Source of the DNA: Scyliorhinus canicula
Lineage: Eukaryota
Assembly (NCBI RefSeq): GCF_902713615.1
Contig: NW_024055497.1
Coordinates: forward strand, 1,903,584-1,967,583
Direction: 5' to 3'
Length of the DNA stretch: 64,000 bases
Position 1 is the stretch's first letter. Each line of letters starts with the position of its first letter. Below are positions 23,954 through 35,767 of this stretch, one piece after another. The notes beneath the pieces were generated by a model. The model did not search any database and had not been told where the DNA came from. It was given only the letters and a program-made list of their open reading frames with translations. A program made the position numbers and the translations under genes.

Positions 23954-25410
23954 GGGTGAGATTCTCCATCGGCTGACACCGGAATCGCAAAACGTGATTG
24001 AGTGAAGAATTGGTTCTGACTCCAAAATCATGGCGGGCACCGATTTCATGCCAAATCACAATTATCCATCACATCTACAGTGGTGTCAATACATTTCAGA
24101 ATGCACACACAGTTAGACACTGTTTACATATCATTAGGGTGGCACAGTGGTTAGCACTGTTGCTTTGCAGCTCCAGGCTCCCAGGTTCAATTCCCAGCTA
24201 GGGTCACTGCCTGTGCAAAGTCTGCAAGTTCTCCCCATGTCTGCATGGTTTTCCTCTGGGTGCTCCGGTTTCCTTCCACAGTCCAAAGATGTGCAGGTTA
24301 GGTGGATTTTTAAAAATATAAATTTAGAGTACACAATTCATTTTTTCCAATTAAGGGGCAATTTAGCATGTTCAATCCACCTACCTTGCACATCTTTAGG
24401 TTGTGGGGGCGAAACCCACGCGAACATGGGGAGAATGTGCAAACTCCACACGGACAATGACCCAGAGCCGGGATCGAACCTGGGACCTCAGCGCCATGAG
24501 ACTACTACTGCACCAACATGCTACCCACCACGTTAGGTGGATTGGCCATGCCAAATTGCCCTTAGTTATCAAAATCATTGGGTGGGGTTACGTGGATAAG
24601 GTGGAGGTGTGGACTTGGGTAGGGTGCTCTTGCCAAGGGCTGCTGCAGACTCAATAGCCCCCATGGCCTCCTTATGCACTGTAAATTCTAGAATTCTATG
24701 ATTAGTGGACCTGACTGAGTATTCTCCACGGCCTCCATGATTCTCTGCCTCCAATGGCCCAAATTCCTGACGGCGAGGTTCACTTGTGCATTTAAAAATT
24801 GTGAAACAGGCACCATCGCTGATGAGGGGATAGGGAACGTGTGCAACATTGTCATAGTTCAATGACATTTGTGCCGCTGGGTGGGGGGGGGGGGGGGGGG
24901 GGTGGGATGCTTCTACCAGGGTTGGGGGAGTAGCTGGGGATAGCCAGGATTTCAGCTGTGTGGTGGACTGGCACGGAGCATCATTACCGCAACCTGCAAG
25001 GTAACCATGCAGCTGTGTATACCGGTGACTGCCCATTGTGAACTTAGAGCCACAGGTCTCATGGGTGTCCCCCCCGGCACCACGGTATGTGCCCTCTGGC
25101 CTCAGCCGACTCCTCAGCAAGATGATGCGCTCCAGCGTAACCAGTGCCATCTTGTTGGCTGGGATGAGTATGTGAGAGGAGCGTAATGTGTATATGCGAC
25201 TACAGCTTGTCAGCCTCCCGAGTGTCAATCACAGACCCAGTGAGTCCCACACCATTTCTCAATGGCATTGCTTGGATGTTCCACGTGGCGCCGGTGTGAA
25301 GCCCTCCAAAGTCACTGAATCGGTCCACGTACGGCGCCAGTTTTGCTGCCGTGGTAGTCCACAAATCCTGCCCCTGCATCACTTAGTCTCAGGAATGGAG
25401 AGTCCCGCCC
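23954..25410. mobile_element. GC-rich non-autonomous DNA element (Harbinger-like TIRs) with nested SINE-in-SINE (24137-24700)
   Basis: Imperfect TIRs GGGTGAGATTCTCC / GGAGAGTCCCGCCC; related end GGGCTGGATTCTCCC at ~29158. Confidence 0.55.
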
Positions 25411-25709
25411 ACTGTGATTTATTCTTTTAAAGTTCCTTCTACACCTTTAAACAAGTAACGGTAAATGAGAGCAAACTGATGCCCAGTGACCCAAAAACAA
25501 GACACTGTGGACAGTCCCTCTCTGCCCTGTTCTTTTGTGAAGTCAGCTCTTGAATTGTGTGAACATAGTTTCAGATTTCCACATTTCAGTAACAAATGTT
25601 GAAATGTTTGCTCCAGACCCACAAGGTTTCATCTGTTTAAAGCCACAAACAGAAAGGTCCAGTTTTCTCCTGGAGTTTGAGACAAATCAGCTTCAAAATG
25701 ATGCAGAGT

Positions 25710-25985
25710 TTCAGCCAATGAGGGAGATCGCGGCTCAGCCCCGCCCCTCATTCATTCTGATTGGTGGGAGAATGAGTAGCTCGTGCTCGGTACTCCAGTC
25801 CCGCCCCCTCTTCCAATTGGTCCGGAAATGCCGTCAATCAGCCGGGCCTTGGTTCCGGAGCATGCGCAGAGCTGGACACCAATGCGCAGGCGTCGTGTCA
25901 AAGAGTTTGGAGCATGCGCAGTGTGATTGATGCCTGGGCCCTTGTTTGTCCCGGAGAAGCGGAGTCAGCGTCAGGCGGTGGGTGG
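25710..25985 (+). promoter_or_regulatory. Promoter/exon 1 of ZNF-C
   Basis: CCAAT boxes, GC boxes, two GCATGCGCAG NRF1-like sites, ATTGG-N10-CCGTCAATCA, donor at 25978. Confidence 0.75.
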
Positions 25986-26648
25986 GAGGATTTGGAAACA
26001 CTTTGTGGGTCCGCAAACCCTTCACCATTATTGTCAGCTCCCTGCTTTGCAGCTGCGGAGCTTCTCCCTCCCTCCCGGGAACAGGCCCAGGTTAACGGGC
26101 ACCATCCTGCTTCACACACTGGAGGGTGGTTCACATCACAGGATGGGGGAGGGGGGATAATAAATAAGAGCTGACACTTTGCACTCAAATCAATGAGGAC
26201 TCTGATCTCTGGCAAAGAAGGAAACCCTGGCAGGTGGGCGGGGAGGATTCACCAACACCTGCTGGAGGCCCCAAACCCCCTGTATGCTGACGGTGATGGA
26301 TTTTGTAAAATTATTTTTACAGGATATTAACAGACATGAAACTCAAACCAAACTTCACATCAAGATCCTTCAGTGATTTGATTCATCAGAATCTGAATAT
26401 CATCAGCCTTTGTATACAGAAGGAGAAATGTTTGTTCCGTTCTGTCTGTGGAAAAAGATCTGAGCCATCAGTGTGAGTGAGAAAGCACCGAGATTCGCAA
26501 ATACCCGAGAGAGAGTTTCCAATGTGCTGAACCTGGAAAGAGCTTTCACCAGCCTGAAAGCAAAACCACAGCATTCACCCTGGACATATTCTGTGTCAAC
26601 GAGGCTTCAACATTACCCAACCTGGAGACACACGAGGACACTCATATC

Positions 26649-27881
26649 ATGGAGAAACTATTGAAATGTGGGGACTGTGGGAAGGGATTCAATTACCCAT
26701 CTGCATTGGATATTCATCGACGCATTCACACTGGAGAGAGGCCTTACACCTGCACTGTGTGTGGGAAAGGATTTGCTTACTCATCCAGCCTGTATACACA
26801 TCAGCGTGTTCATACTGGCGAGAGGCCATTCACTTGCCTCGAATGTGGGAAGGGATGTAATGCTTTATCAAGCCTTCTGATTCACCAGCAAGTTCACTCT
26901 GATCAGAGACCGTTTCAATGTTCTGATTGTGACAAAAACTTTAAAAGCACAAAGGACTTGCTGAGACACCAGCGCACTCACATGGAGGTGAGGCCTTTCA
27001 CCTGCTCAGTGTGTGGGAAGGGATTCACTCAGTCATCCCACCTTCTAACACACCAACTTGTTCACTTTGATAAGAGACCTTTTCAATGTTCGCACTGTGA
27101 GAAGTGTTTTAAAAGTAAAAATGATTTACAAGCCCATCAACGCACACACACTGGGGAGAAGCCGTTCACCTGCTCTCTCTGTCAGAGGAGATTTGGACGT
27201 TTATCCCAGCTACAGACACACCAGCGAGTTCACTCTGATCAGAGACCATTTCAATGTTCTGATTGTGAGAAGAGCTTTAAAAGCAAACAGGATCTGGTGA
27301 CACACCAGCGAGTTCACACTGGAGAGCGGCCATTCACCTGCTCTGTGTGTGGGAAGGGATTCACCCATTCATCCCACCGTCTGAGACACCAGCGCATTCA
27401 CACTGGAGAGAGGCCGTTCATTTGCTCTGTGTGTGGTAAGGGATTTGCTGATTCGCCCCACCTTCTGATACACGAGCGAATTCACACTGGAGAAAGACCT
27501 TTCACTTGCTCCATGTGTGGAAAGGGATTCACTCAGCCATCCCAGCTTGCTGTACATCAACTTGTTCACACTGATCACAGACCTTTTAAATGTTCTGACT
27601 GTGAGAAGAGCTTTAAGTGCACAAAGGACCTTCTGAGACACCACCAAGTTCACACTGGGGAGAGGTCATTCACCTGCTCCATGTGTGGGAAGAGATTTGC
27701 TCAGTCTTCCCACCTGCTGAGACACCGGCAGGTTCACACTGGGGAGAGATCATTCAGCTGCTCCATGTGTGGGAAGAGATTTGCTCGGTCATCCAATCTG
27801 CTGAGACACCAGCGAGTTCACAAGTCACTGCAGGGGTTAGATTCTGCTTTTGCTGCTGCTGTTAATACCATGCAGGACTGA
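26649..27881 (+). CDS. C2H2 zinc-finger protein C, 14 fingers plus ~19-aa tail
   Basis: 410-aa uninterrupted ORF; acceptor TTTTACAG at 26321-26322. Confidence 0.92.
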   Translation: MEKLLKCGDCGKGFNYPSALDIHRRIHTGERPYTCTVCGKGFAYSSSLYTHQRVHTGERPFTCLECGKGCNALSSLLIHQQVHSDQRPFQCSDCDKNFKSTKDLLRHQRTHMEVRPFTCSVCGKGFTQSSHLLTHQLVHFDKRPFQCSHCEKCFKSKNDLQAHQRTHTGEKPFTCSLCQRRFGRLSQLQTHQRVHSDQRPFQCSDCEKSFKSKQDLVTHQRVHTGERPFTCSVCGKGFTHSSHRLRHQRIHTGERPFICSVCGKGFADSPHLLIHERIHTGERPFTCSMCGKGFTQPSQLAVHQLVHTDHRPFKCSDCEKSFKCTKDLLRHHQVHTGERSFTCSMCGKRFAQSSHLLRHRQVHTGERSFSCSMCGKRFARSSNLLRHQRVHKSLQGLDSAFAAAVNTMQD

Positions 27882-27914
27882 ACCATGTTTATTCTGTTAT
27901 TAAGGAGGTTGGAG

Positions 27915-29157
27915 TGGGCACTTAGATAATCTCAGTGCAATTAGGCAGAATCAATATAATTTATGAAAGGGAAATCATGTTTGACTAATTTATTGGAGTT
28001 CTTTGAGGAAGTAACAAGCAATGTGGATAAAGGGGAGACCTGTGGATGTGATGTATTTAGATTTCCAGCAGGCACTTGACAAGGTGCCACTTAATGTTCA
28101 CTCCACAAAATAAAAGCCCATTGTGTAGCTGGTAACGGCATGGACAGAGGATTGGTTAGCGAACAGGAAACATTGTGGAGGTAAAAACGAGTCATTTTTG
28201 ATGTAACCTGTGGAGTGCCACAGGGATCAGTACTGGAGGCTCAACTATTTTCAGGACTTAGTTGACAGGATCAAAAGTACTGTTGCAAAATTTGCTGTTG
28301 CGACAAAGGTATGGAGTAAGATAAGTTGTGAGTGACCATAAGGAGTCTGTAAAGGGTGCAGATAGGGTAAATAAGTGAGCTACAATTTGGCAGATTGAAC
28401 ACAGTGTGAGGAAATGTGAACTTGTTCACTTTTGCAGGAAGAATAAAAAAGCAACATATTGGATTTAATTTATTTACTGTCACGCGTAACGAGGTACAGT
28501 GAAAAATATTGCTCTACGCACAGCTCAGGAAGATCATTCCATACATGAAAATAAAATGCATACGGCAAACATAAAATACACAATGTAAATACATAGACAC
28601 AGACATACGGAGCATACGGAGTGTAGTATTACTCAGTAGAGAAGATGTGTGAAGAGAATGTAAAAGAGAAAGGTTAGTGATAGTGTTAGTGTTAGAATTA
28701 AGTTTTAAGAGATTAGTATGATTATCGGAGATGTAAGAAGTGGATCTGTGTGAGAGAGCTCACAGAGAGTCGCCACACTCCGGCGCCATCTTGCATTGCT
28801 TATTTAAATATACAGAGATTGTAGCTCCGAGGTACAGAGAGATCTGGGTGTATTGATACATGAATCAGGATCAGTTACTCTGCAGATACAGTACATGATT
28901 GGGAAGGTAAAGGGAATGTTGCTGTTTATTGCAAGGGGAAAGTACTGCAGTTGTACAGGGTATTGGTGAGACCACATCCAAAGTACTGTGTACGGTTTTG
29001 GTCTCCTTCTTTCAGAAAGGACATAATTTAATTCAAAACTGGTCAGAGACGGTTTACTTGACTGGGTGAGGAGTTATCATAGGAGGAAAACTTGGCGAAG
29101 CTGTGACTGTATCCACTTGAGTTTGGAAGAATGAGAGGGGATCTGATTGAAACATAT
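27915..29157 (+). mobile_element. Decayed CR1 LINE with nested Rex1-type 3' end (28460-28795, -)
   Basis: GGGAAATCATGTTTGACTAAT, GTGCCACAGGGATCAGT, ATGAGAGGGGATCTGATTGAAAC CR1 landmarks. Confidence 0.75.
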
Positions 29158-29690
29158 GGGGCTGGATTCTCCCATTCTGGGGTTATGGCCCCACGCCGGC
29201 GTGGGAACGGTGGCATTTTACACCAGACAAAATGGTGTAAAACGGTTACCGATTCCCCGTTTTGCTGGGGGCTAGCATGTCGGCTGCGTAGAGCACCCGG
29301 CTCGAGCTGCCAATATGCCCTGGAGAATTGCCGGGTCTGTGGCCGCACATGCGCTTGGCGGCCCCTGAGCGGCCGCGCTGTGCTACATGGCAGAGGCCAC
29401 TCGCGGACCCGGCCTGCAAAATAATGCCTCCCCTTTGGCTGGCTCGCACGTCACGCACCACCCCCACAGTGCCCCCAGCCCCAAATAAAGAATTCCCTGC
29501 CCATGTATCAACCCTCCCCCGACTGTGGTGGCGCTGGACTGAGTCCGCAGCTGCCATGCCGAGTTCCCGACAGGATGGGACCACACGCGACCCACACCGT
29601 CGGGAACTTGGCTGGTCGGGGGCGGAGCATCCGGAGGCGGATCTCAGGCAAAGTTCTGAGGCCATCGATACGTGGCGCGGCGTACCATTG
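29158..29690. mobile_element. GC-rich Harbinger-like MITE, truncated
   Basis: Starts GGGGCTGGATTCTCCC, CpG-rich, interrupts CR1. Confidence 0.5.
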
Positions 29691-31698
29691 TGATTTAAAC
29701 AGTGATTGATAAAGGTTCAGCATAACTTACCTGCTTTAAAAAAAAAAAAAATTTAGAGTACCAAACTCATTTCCGGTTTCCTCCCAAAAGTCCCGAAAGA
29801 TGTGCTTGTTAGGTGAATTAGACATTCTGAATTCTTCCTCAGTGTACCCGAACAGGCGCCAGTATGTGGTGACGAGGGGATTTTCACAGTAACTTCATTG
29901 CTGTGTTAATGTAAGCCGACTTGTGACACTAATAAAGATTATTATTAATATCCACCTTGTTAATGTGCAATCAATTTTTACCTCTCTTTATTTCTTTAAT
30001 ATTAATCAGTATTGACGAGCTGTGGTGTAACCCTGTGTTTGGAGTTTGTCTCATGGCGGTAACATTGAACATCGAGGTGATAGAAGAACCCAGACCGTGG
30101 ATATCTGAAGAACTATACCAAACTGCATTATGGGCTCAAAATGCAAAGTATGGTGGTCAATTTAGTCAAGTCACAGCCTTCCCAGAATTAGCAATGGCTA
30201 CAAATGAGTTGAATTGTGCAGGTGAACTCGCCTCAACCTGTGAGAAAGATGTGTTTGTTTGACGTGATAAAGGTGGTTGGAGCAGTCAATGCTTATGTAG
30301 TACATTGTATATCTTGTGTTGCCCTATTATATATTTTCTTGAATTTTATTTAATTCCCTTTTCTTCCCATGTACTGAATGATCTGTTGAGCTGCTTGCAG
30401 AAAAATACTTTTCACTGTATCTCGGTACACGTGACAATAAACAAATCCATCCATCCATCTGTGGATTGATAACAGTGTCAGAGGTCACAAAGTAGAGTTA
30501 GGCTCACTCGATTCGTTCAGACATCACCTTGTAAGAGGCCCAGGACATAAGAACAATGGAGAAGACAGTGATGTCATTGAAAACCAATTAAATGGGCTTA
30601 AAACAGGTCTTACCTAATAGTTTTTATTCCTTTACCGAGGTCAAAGCCCACATCCCGTTAATGAATGAAACAAAGGTGTGTGTCTCTATCTAAGTCAGCA
30701 TTTAATTGCCCATCCCTAATTGCCCTTGAGAAGATGGTGGTGAGCTGACTTCTTGAACTGCTGCAGTCCCTATAGTATCACCCACAGTGCGGTTAGGGAG
30801 GAAGTACCAGGATTCTGACCCAGGGACAGTGAAGGAACGGCGATATATTTCCACAGCAAGATGGTGAGTGTTACAATCCCAGTGATGTAATAACTGAATG
30901 GGAAGATCCCAGAATGGGAACCCTGGCTCAAAAGACTCTAACTTTGTTTAGAAAATGTGAAGCAACAGAGTCACAGGATTGCCAATTAGCTTTCAACAAC
31001 AAAAACAAACATTTATTAAACATGAAAAGTCTGGCTATGATACAAAATTCCTTCACTCCTACTTATCTTCACAAACGTACACAAATTTCAAGGACAACAC
31101 AGGTTACTACATATCTTTTGCTTTAATGTTCTCAGTGGACACACAGTCCCTTTAAACCCATAGGTTGACCATGATCAGACAACCCCCGCCCCCCCCACTC
31201 ATTTCTCGAGTTGGAGCGGAATTTGGCCACACAGTCATAGGTGTGTAAGGAGTATAGTGGGTGCTCTAAGTTGCCTATCCTCACTGATTGTGGCCTGTGG
31301 GTTAGAAAGTTCAGGATCCAGTCGCAGAGAGAGGAGCCAAGGCCACGGAGTTTGGAGATGGGTTTTGTCGGAATGATGGTGCTGAAGGCTGAGCTTCAGT
31401 CGATAAATAGGGAGTGGGAAATAGGTGTCTCTGGCTGTTCCAGGGTAGAGTGCAGGATGAAATGTGAAGTGATGGATTCTGGTCAGAAGAAAGGGTCCAG
31501 TTCTGAAGGGAGGGCCTTGTAGTGAGGGGAGTAGCATCCCTGCCTCTACAGGCACAAGTTCCGTGTTTGAATCCCGCCCCAGGACTTGGTGACCAAGCAA
31601 GGCGTGTTCGCAAGGCGACCAAAAGAGGGTGAGTGTCAACCTGGGCAACATTTACGAACACGCCAATAACAGATGGTAAGAGCAGGAGAGGTTCCCGG

Positions 31699-32555
31699 TG
31701 TCGTGTTATGTACTCTGGGAAAACACGGGCTGCAACTGGATGCAGCTTTCACCAAAAGATACTCCAGACCTTGAAGTTAGTTCAATCTGATTTATTGAAC
31801 CTCTCGCACAGTTAGCACAGTTCTCTATGAGTTCGACTCTCTGCTAACCTGAGTGTGGTTACTCTGTCTGACTGAACCAGACTACCTCTTAGCGACGTGC
31901 TGGAGGTGTGATACTGTACATACACCCTGACTCACTCTGTCTATGTTCATCGGTGGAAAGAGGCGGAGTGTGAGTGTCTCGTGCCTTTTATCGTCAGATC
32001 CCACCCCTAAGTGTCCTGCCTGCTCATTGGGCATGTCCTGGTCTCTGTGTTCATTAGCTGCCTGTCTGTATATCATTATCTGCATATCATGACATCTCCC
32101 CTTTTTTTGTTTTGTTGGCACATGTGACCATACTTACATGTGGTGGCATATATTAACATATTTACAAGCGATGGCATATGTGAACGTATTTACATGTGAA
32201 GACAGTTGTCTAATGTGAGAAAACAGAACATAGCAAACAAAACAAATGTTCATAAGTCCAGTCTCTGGGGCTGGCGTCTGATCCTGATTGACCGCCGGAG
32301 AAAGGTGGTGGTGGGGACGACGGTGCCTTGACTGGCGGGATGGAAGCCTGTCCGATGGCCTCGTGAGTCGAGGTATCAGGAGGTGGCAAAACAACGGACG
32401 GAAACGGAGAAGAAAGCGGTTGCGGGCAGGCAACTTTGCGCAGTGCCCGTCTGTTTCGACGCACAACAGAACCTGCTCATTGGGCATGTCCTGTTCTCTG
32501 TGTTCATCAGCTGCCTGTCTGTAAATCATTATCTGCATGTCTGCATATCATGACA
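31699..32555 (-). mobile_element. Internally deleted Gypsy-like LTR retrotransposon
   Basis: Full 396-bp LTR TG..CA at 31699-32094 next to a polypurine tract (AAAAAAAGGGGAGA on -); RRNRRALR post-integrase motif; 85-bp second-LTR stub 32471-32555; TSD CCCGG/CCTGG. Confidence 0.8.
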
Positions 32556-32789
32556 CCTGGTTGATCACAGTGGGGCCCCAAACAAAATAAAGGACCCCGG
32601 CGACAGACTCGCGACCGGCTCCGGGGATTAATAGCCACAGAAACGTGCCTCGGTGCTCAACCGGTTGCCTAGTTGCCGTCGAGAAGGTGGCGGTGGACCG
32701 CCATCTTGAAACGCTGCTGTCTCACGTGGTGTAGGTCCGCCCACTGTGCTGGTAGGGAGGGGGCAGTGGATATAGGAACAGACATCGTT

Positions 32790-33172
32790 GAGGGCAGTTG
32801 AGAGTTTGGGGGGACAAATCATTGGGAATGTTCGGGTGGGGGGATAGACAGAGTGGATAGTCAGAGGCTTTTCCCCAAGAGTAGAGGGGTCAATTACAAG
32901 GGGGCAGAGGTTTAAGATGTGAGGGGCAAGGTTTAGAGGAGATGTACGAGGCATGTTTTTTACACAGAGGGTAGTGGGTGCCTGGAACTCGCTGCCGGAG
33001 GAGGTGGTGGAAGCAGGGATGATAGTGACGTTTAAGGGGCATCTTGACAAATAAATGAATAGGATCGGAATAGAGGGATACAGACCCAGGAAATGTAGAA
33101 GATTGTAGTTTAGATGCGCAGCGTGGTCGGGCCGAAGGGCCTGTTCCTGTGCTGTACTTTTCTTTGTTCTTT
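32790..33172 (+). mobile_element. CR1 LINE 3' end
   Basis: TTTTTTACACAGAGGGTAGTGGGTGCCTGGAACTCGCTGCC..GGCCTGTTCCTGTGCTGTAC tail. Confidence 0.85.
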
Positions 33173-33544
33173 GTAATAATCGCTTATTGTCACGAGTAAG
33201 CTTCAATGAAGTTACTGTGAAAAGCCCCTAGTCGCCACATTCCGGTGCCTGTTCGGGGAGGCCGGTACGGGAATTGAATCCACGCCGCTGGCATTGTTCT
33301 GCATTACAAGCCAGCTGTTTAGCCCACTGTGCTAAACCAGTCCCTATGGCTGCTTGAGAGCGCTGTTGATGACCTCTTTCATCACTTTGCTGATTATGAA
33401 GGTTAGGCTAATGGAGGGGCGGGGAGGGGGGGGGAGAGAGATAATTGTCCTGTTTCTTGAGTACTGGACAGGCCTGGGGAATTTCCCACATACAATGGGT
33501 TAACACTGCTACCTCAGCCACAAGGCTCGATTCCTGGCTTGGGT

Positions 33545-34252
33545 TATAGGGGGCGGGGCTGGGGTACAGGGGCCTGGGGGTAGAAGGGGCGGGGCTGGGG
33601 CCAGGGTGGCTGTGCTACAGGAGGCGGGGCTGAGGGTACAAGGGGCGGGGCTGCGGTATTAGGGGCGGGGTAGGAGGCGGGGCCGGGGCCAGCCCCAGTA
33701 GGCGGGCGTGGGCTCAATGGGCGGGGCTGGGGCGGGCTCTGGGGGCGGGCCTGAGGTTACAGGGGGCGGGGCCGGGCTCAGTGGGCGGCGCCAGCCCCAG
33801 GGGGCGGGGCCTGCACACGCCATGGCGCTGTGAGAGGACTCCCTTCTCTTCAGCCTGCCCCGCTGCCGGGGGGCGGGACTGGGGGCGGGGCCGGGCTCAG
33901 TGGGTGGGACCAGTCACAGCGAGCGGGGTGGGGCTGCGGTGGCGCTGTGGCGGGGCCTGGTTCCCGCCGTGGCGCTGTGTGAGGACTCCCTCCTCTGTGA
34001 CCTGCCCGGCTGCCGGGGGGCGGGGCTGGGCTCAGTGCGCAGGGCCGGGGGCGGTGTCTGGTTCCCGCCATGGTGCTGTGTGAGGACTCCCTCCTCAGTA
34101 ACCTGCCCGGCTGCCTGGGGGCGGGGCCGGGCTCAGTGGGCGTGGCCTGGTTCCCGCCATGGCGCTGTGTGAGGACTCCCTCCTCAGTAACCTGCCCGGC
34201 TGCCGGGGCTGGGCTCAGTGCGCAGGACAGGGGGCGGGGTCTGGTTCCCGCC
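33545..34252 (+). promoter_or_regulatory. GC-box-rich CpG island upstream of CCNB1IP1 with tandem copies of the start region
   Basis: More than ten GGGGCGGGG Sp1-type boxes; four extra copies of CGCC(A/G)TGG(C/T)GCTGTG.GAGGACTCCCT. Confidence 0.8.
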
Positions 34253-34549
34253 ATGGCGCTGTGTGAGGACTCCCTCCTCTGTAACCTGCCCGGCTGCCGC
34301 TGCTGCCTGTCCGGCTTCGCCTGGGTCACCGCCTGTTCGCACGTGTTCTGTGACCAGCACGGCAGCGGGCAGTTCAGCCGCTCCCCGGCCCTGTGCCCGG
34401 CCTGTGGCACCGCCCTGTCCGGCAAACGGGACATTGTCCGAACCGACCTCAACCCGCCCGAGGACTACAAAGGCATGGTGCTGTCCGGCCTCCGGCCACA
34501 CACCGTGCTGGAGATCGCCGGCCGGGCACTGGCCTTCTGGGGCTACCAG
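34253..34549 (+). CDS. CCNB1IP1: CCNB1IP1/HEI10 E3 ligase, coding exon 1 (RING domain, 99 aa)
   Basis: MALCEDSLLCNLPGCRCCLSGFAWVTACSHVFCDQHGSGQFSRSPALCPAC..RALAFWGYQ matches human HEI10 MSLCEDMLLCNYRKCRIKLSGYAWVTACSHIFCDQHGSG; donor CAG|GTCAGC at 34550. Confidence 0.96.
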
Positions 34550-35070
34550 GTCAGCACCCAGCACCCACCCAGCACCCCGGGGTACCCCACCCAGCACCCT
34601 GGGGTGCCCAGCACCCATCCAGCACCCTGGGGTGCTGTCCGGCCTCTGGCCACACACCGTGCTGGAGATCGCCGGCCGGGCACTGGCCTTCTGGGGCTAC
34701 CAGGTCAGCACCCCGGAGTGGCCACACCCAGCACCCAGGGGTGCCACCCCACCCACCCAGCACCCCGGGGTGCTGTCCTTCCTCCGGCCACACACCATGC
34801 TGGAGATCGCTGGCCGGGCACTGGCCTTCTGGGGCTACCAGGTCAGCACCCCGGGGTGCCCCACCCACCCAGCACCCCGGAGTGCCCCCCACCCAGCACC
34901 CCGGGGTGCTGTCCGGCCTCCGGCCACACACCGTGCTGGAGATCGCCAACCGGGCACTGGCCTTCTGGGGCTAACAGGTCAGCACCCCGGGGTGCCCCAC
35001 CCCATCAGCACCCCGGGGTGCCCCTCCCACCCAGCACCCCAGGGTGCACCACACCCAACACCCCAGGGAC
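34550..35070 (+). repeat. Tandem copies of the exon-1 3' end and donor in a CAGCACCCCGGGGTG microrepeat
   Basis: GGTGCTGTCC..TTCTGGGGCTA(C/A)CAGGTCAGCACC recurs three more times (donors at 34704, 34842, 34978). Confidence 0.9.
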
Positions 35071-35767
35071 CCCTCCCCCGTCTGCCCGTCGCAGGGTGCT
35101 GACGTCTCCCCGTCCTTCGGAGTCAATACCTCCCGCCCCACCCAACAACTCCCCTCGTGCCCCCCTCCCAGGCTACTGAACCCCTTCCTCCCCAAGCCCC
35201 TCCGCTCCCGATCACCCAATAACGGGGAGAGCGCGATTCGATTCTGTTTGTGTGACCGCAGGGGGGAACTGGATGACAAAGGGGATGGATCAACGGTAGA
35301 CAGCGGCACACGGTTTTGCCCCTGTGCCACCTAAAGCACTGGGCTCGGTCATGGGCACCCCCTCCCTGAGTTGTGGTATTGTTGGTGGGGGAGGTGGGGT
35401 GAGGAACGGATATAGGGCAGATTCACGACAGGCCGAGGTTCATACTCTCTCCGGTGTAGGAGAATAAACGGCAACCCAGAGGAGGAATCTAGTCCACGTC
35501 TACTTTGTCAAAACCTTTTATCATCTTATACATGTCAATTAGATCTCTGCTTCTTCTGAACTTGAGACAGTCTCGGCCTAAACTGCTCATAAGACAAACC
35601 CCTCATCTCTGCAATCAATCTAGTGAACCTCCTCTGTACTGCCTCTCACACAACTACATCCCTCCTCAAATAAGGGGATCAAAACTGTACTCCAGATGCG
35701 GTCTCCCCAATGCCCTGTACAGTTGTAGCAACAACCCCCGGCTTTTATACTCTATCCCTCAAGCTAT

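Noticed and set aside
34070-35179. 369-aa single-exon novel protein
   Set aside because: It is HEI10 exon 1 read through into stop-poor GC-rich repeats; canonical spliced exons 2 and 3 exist
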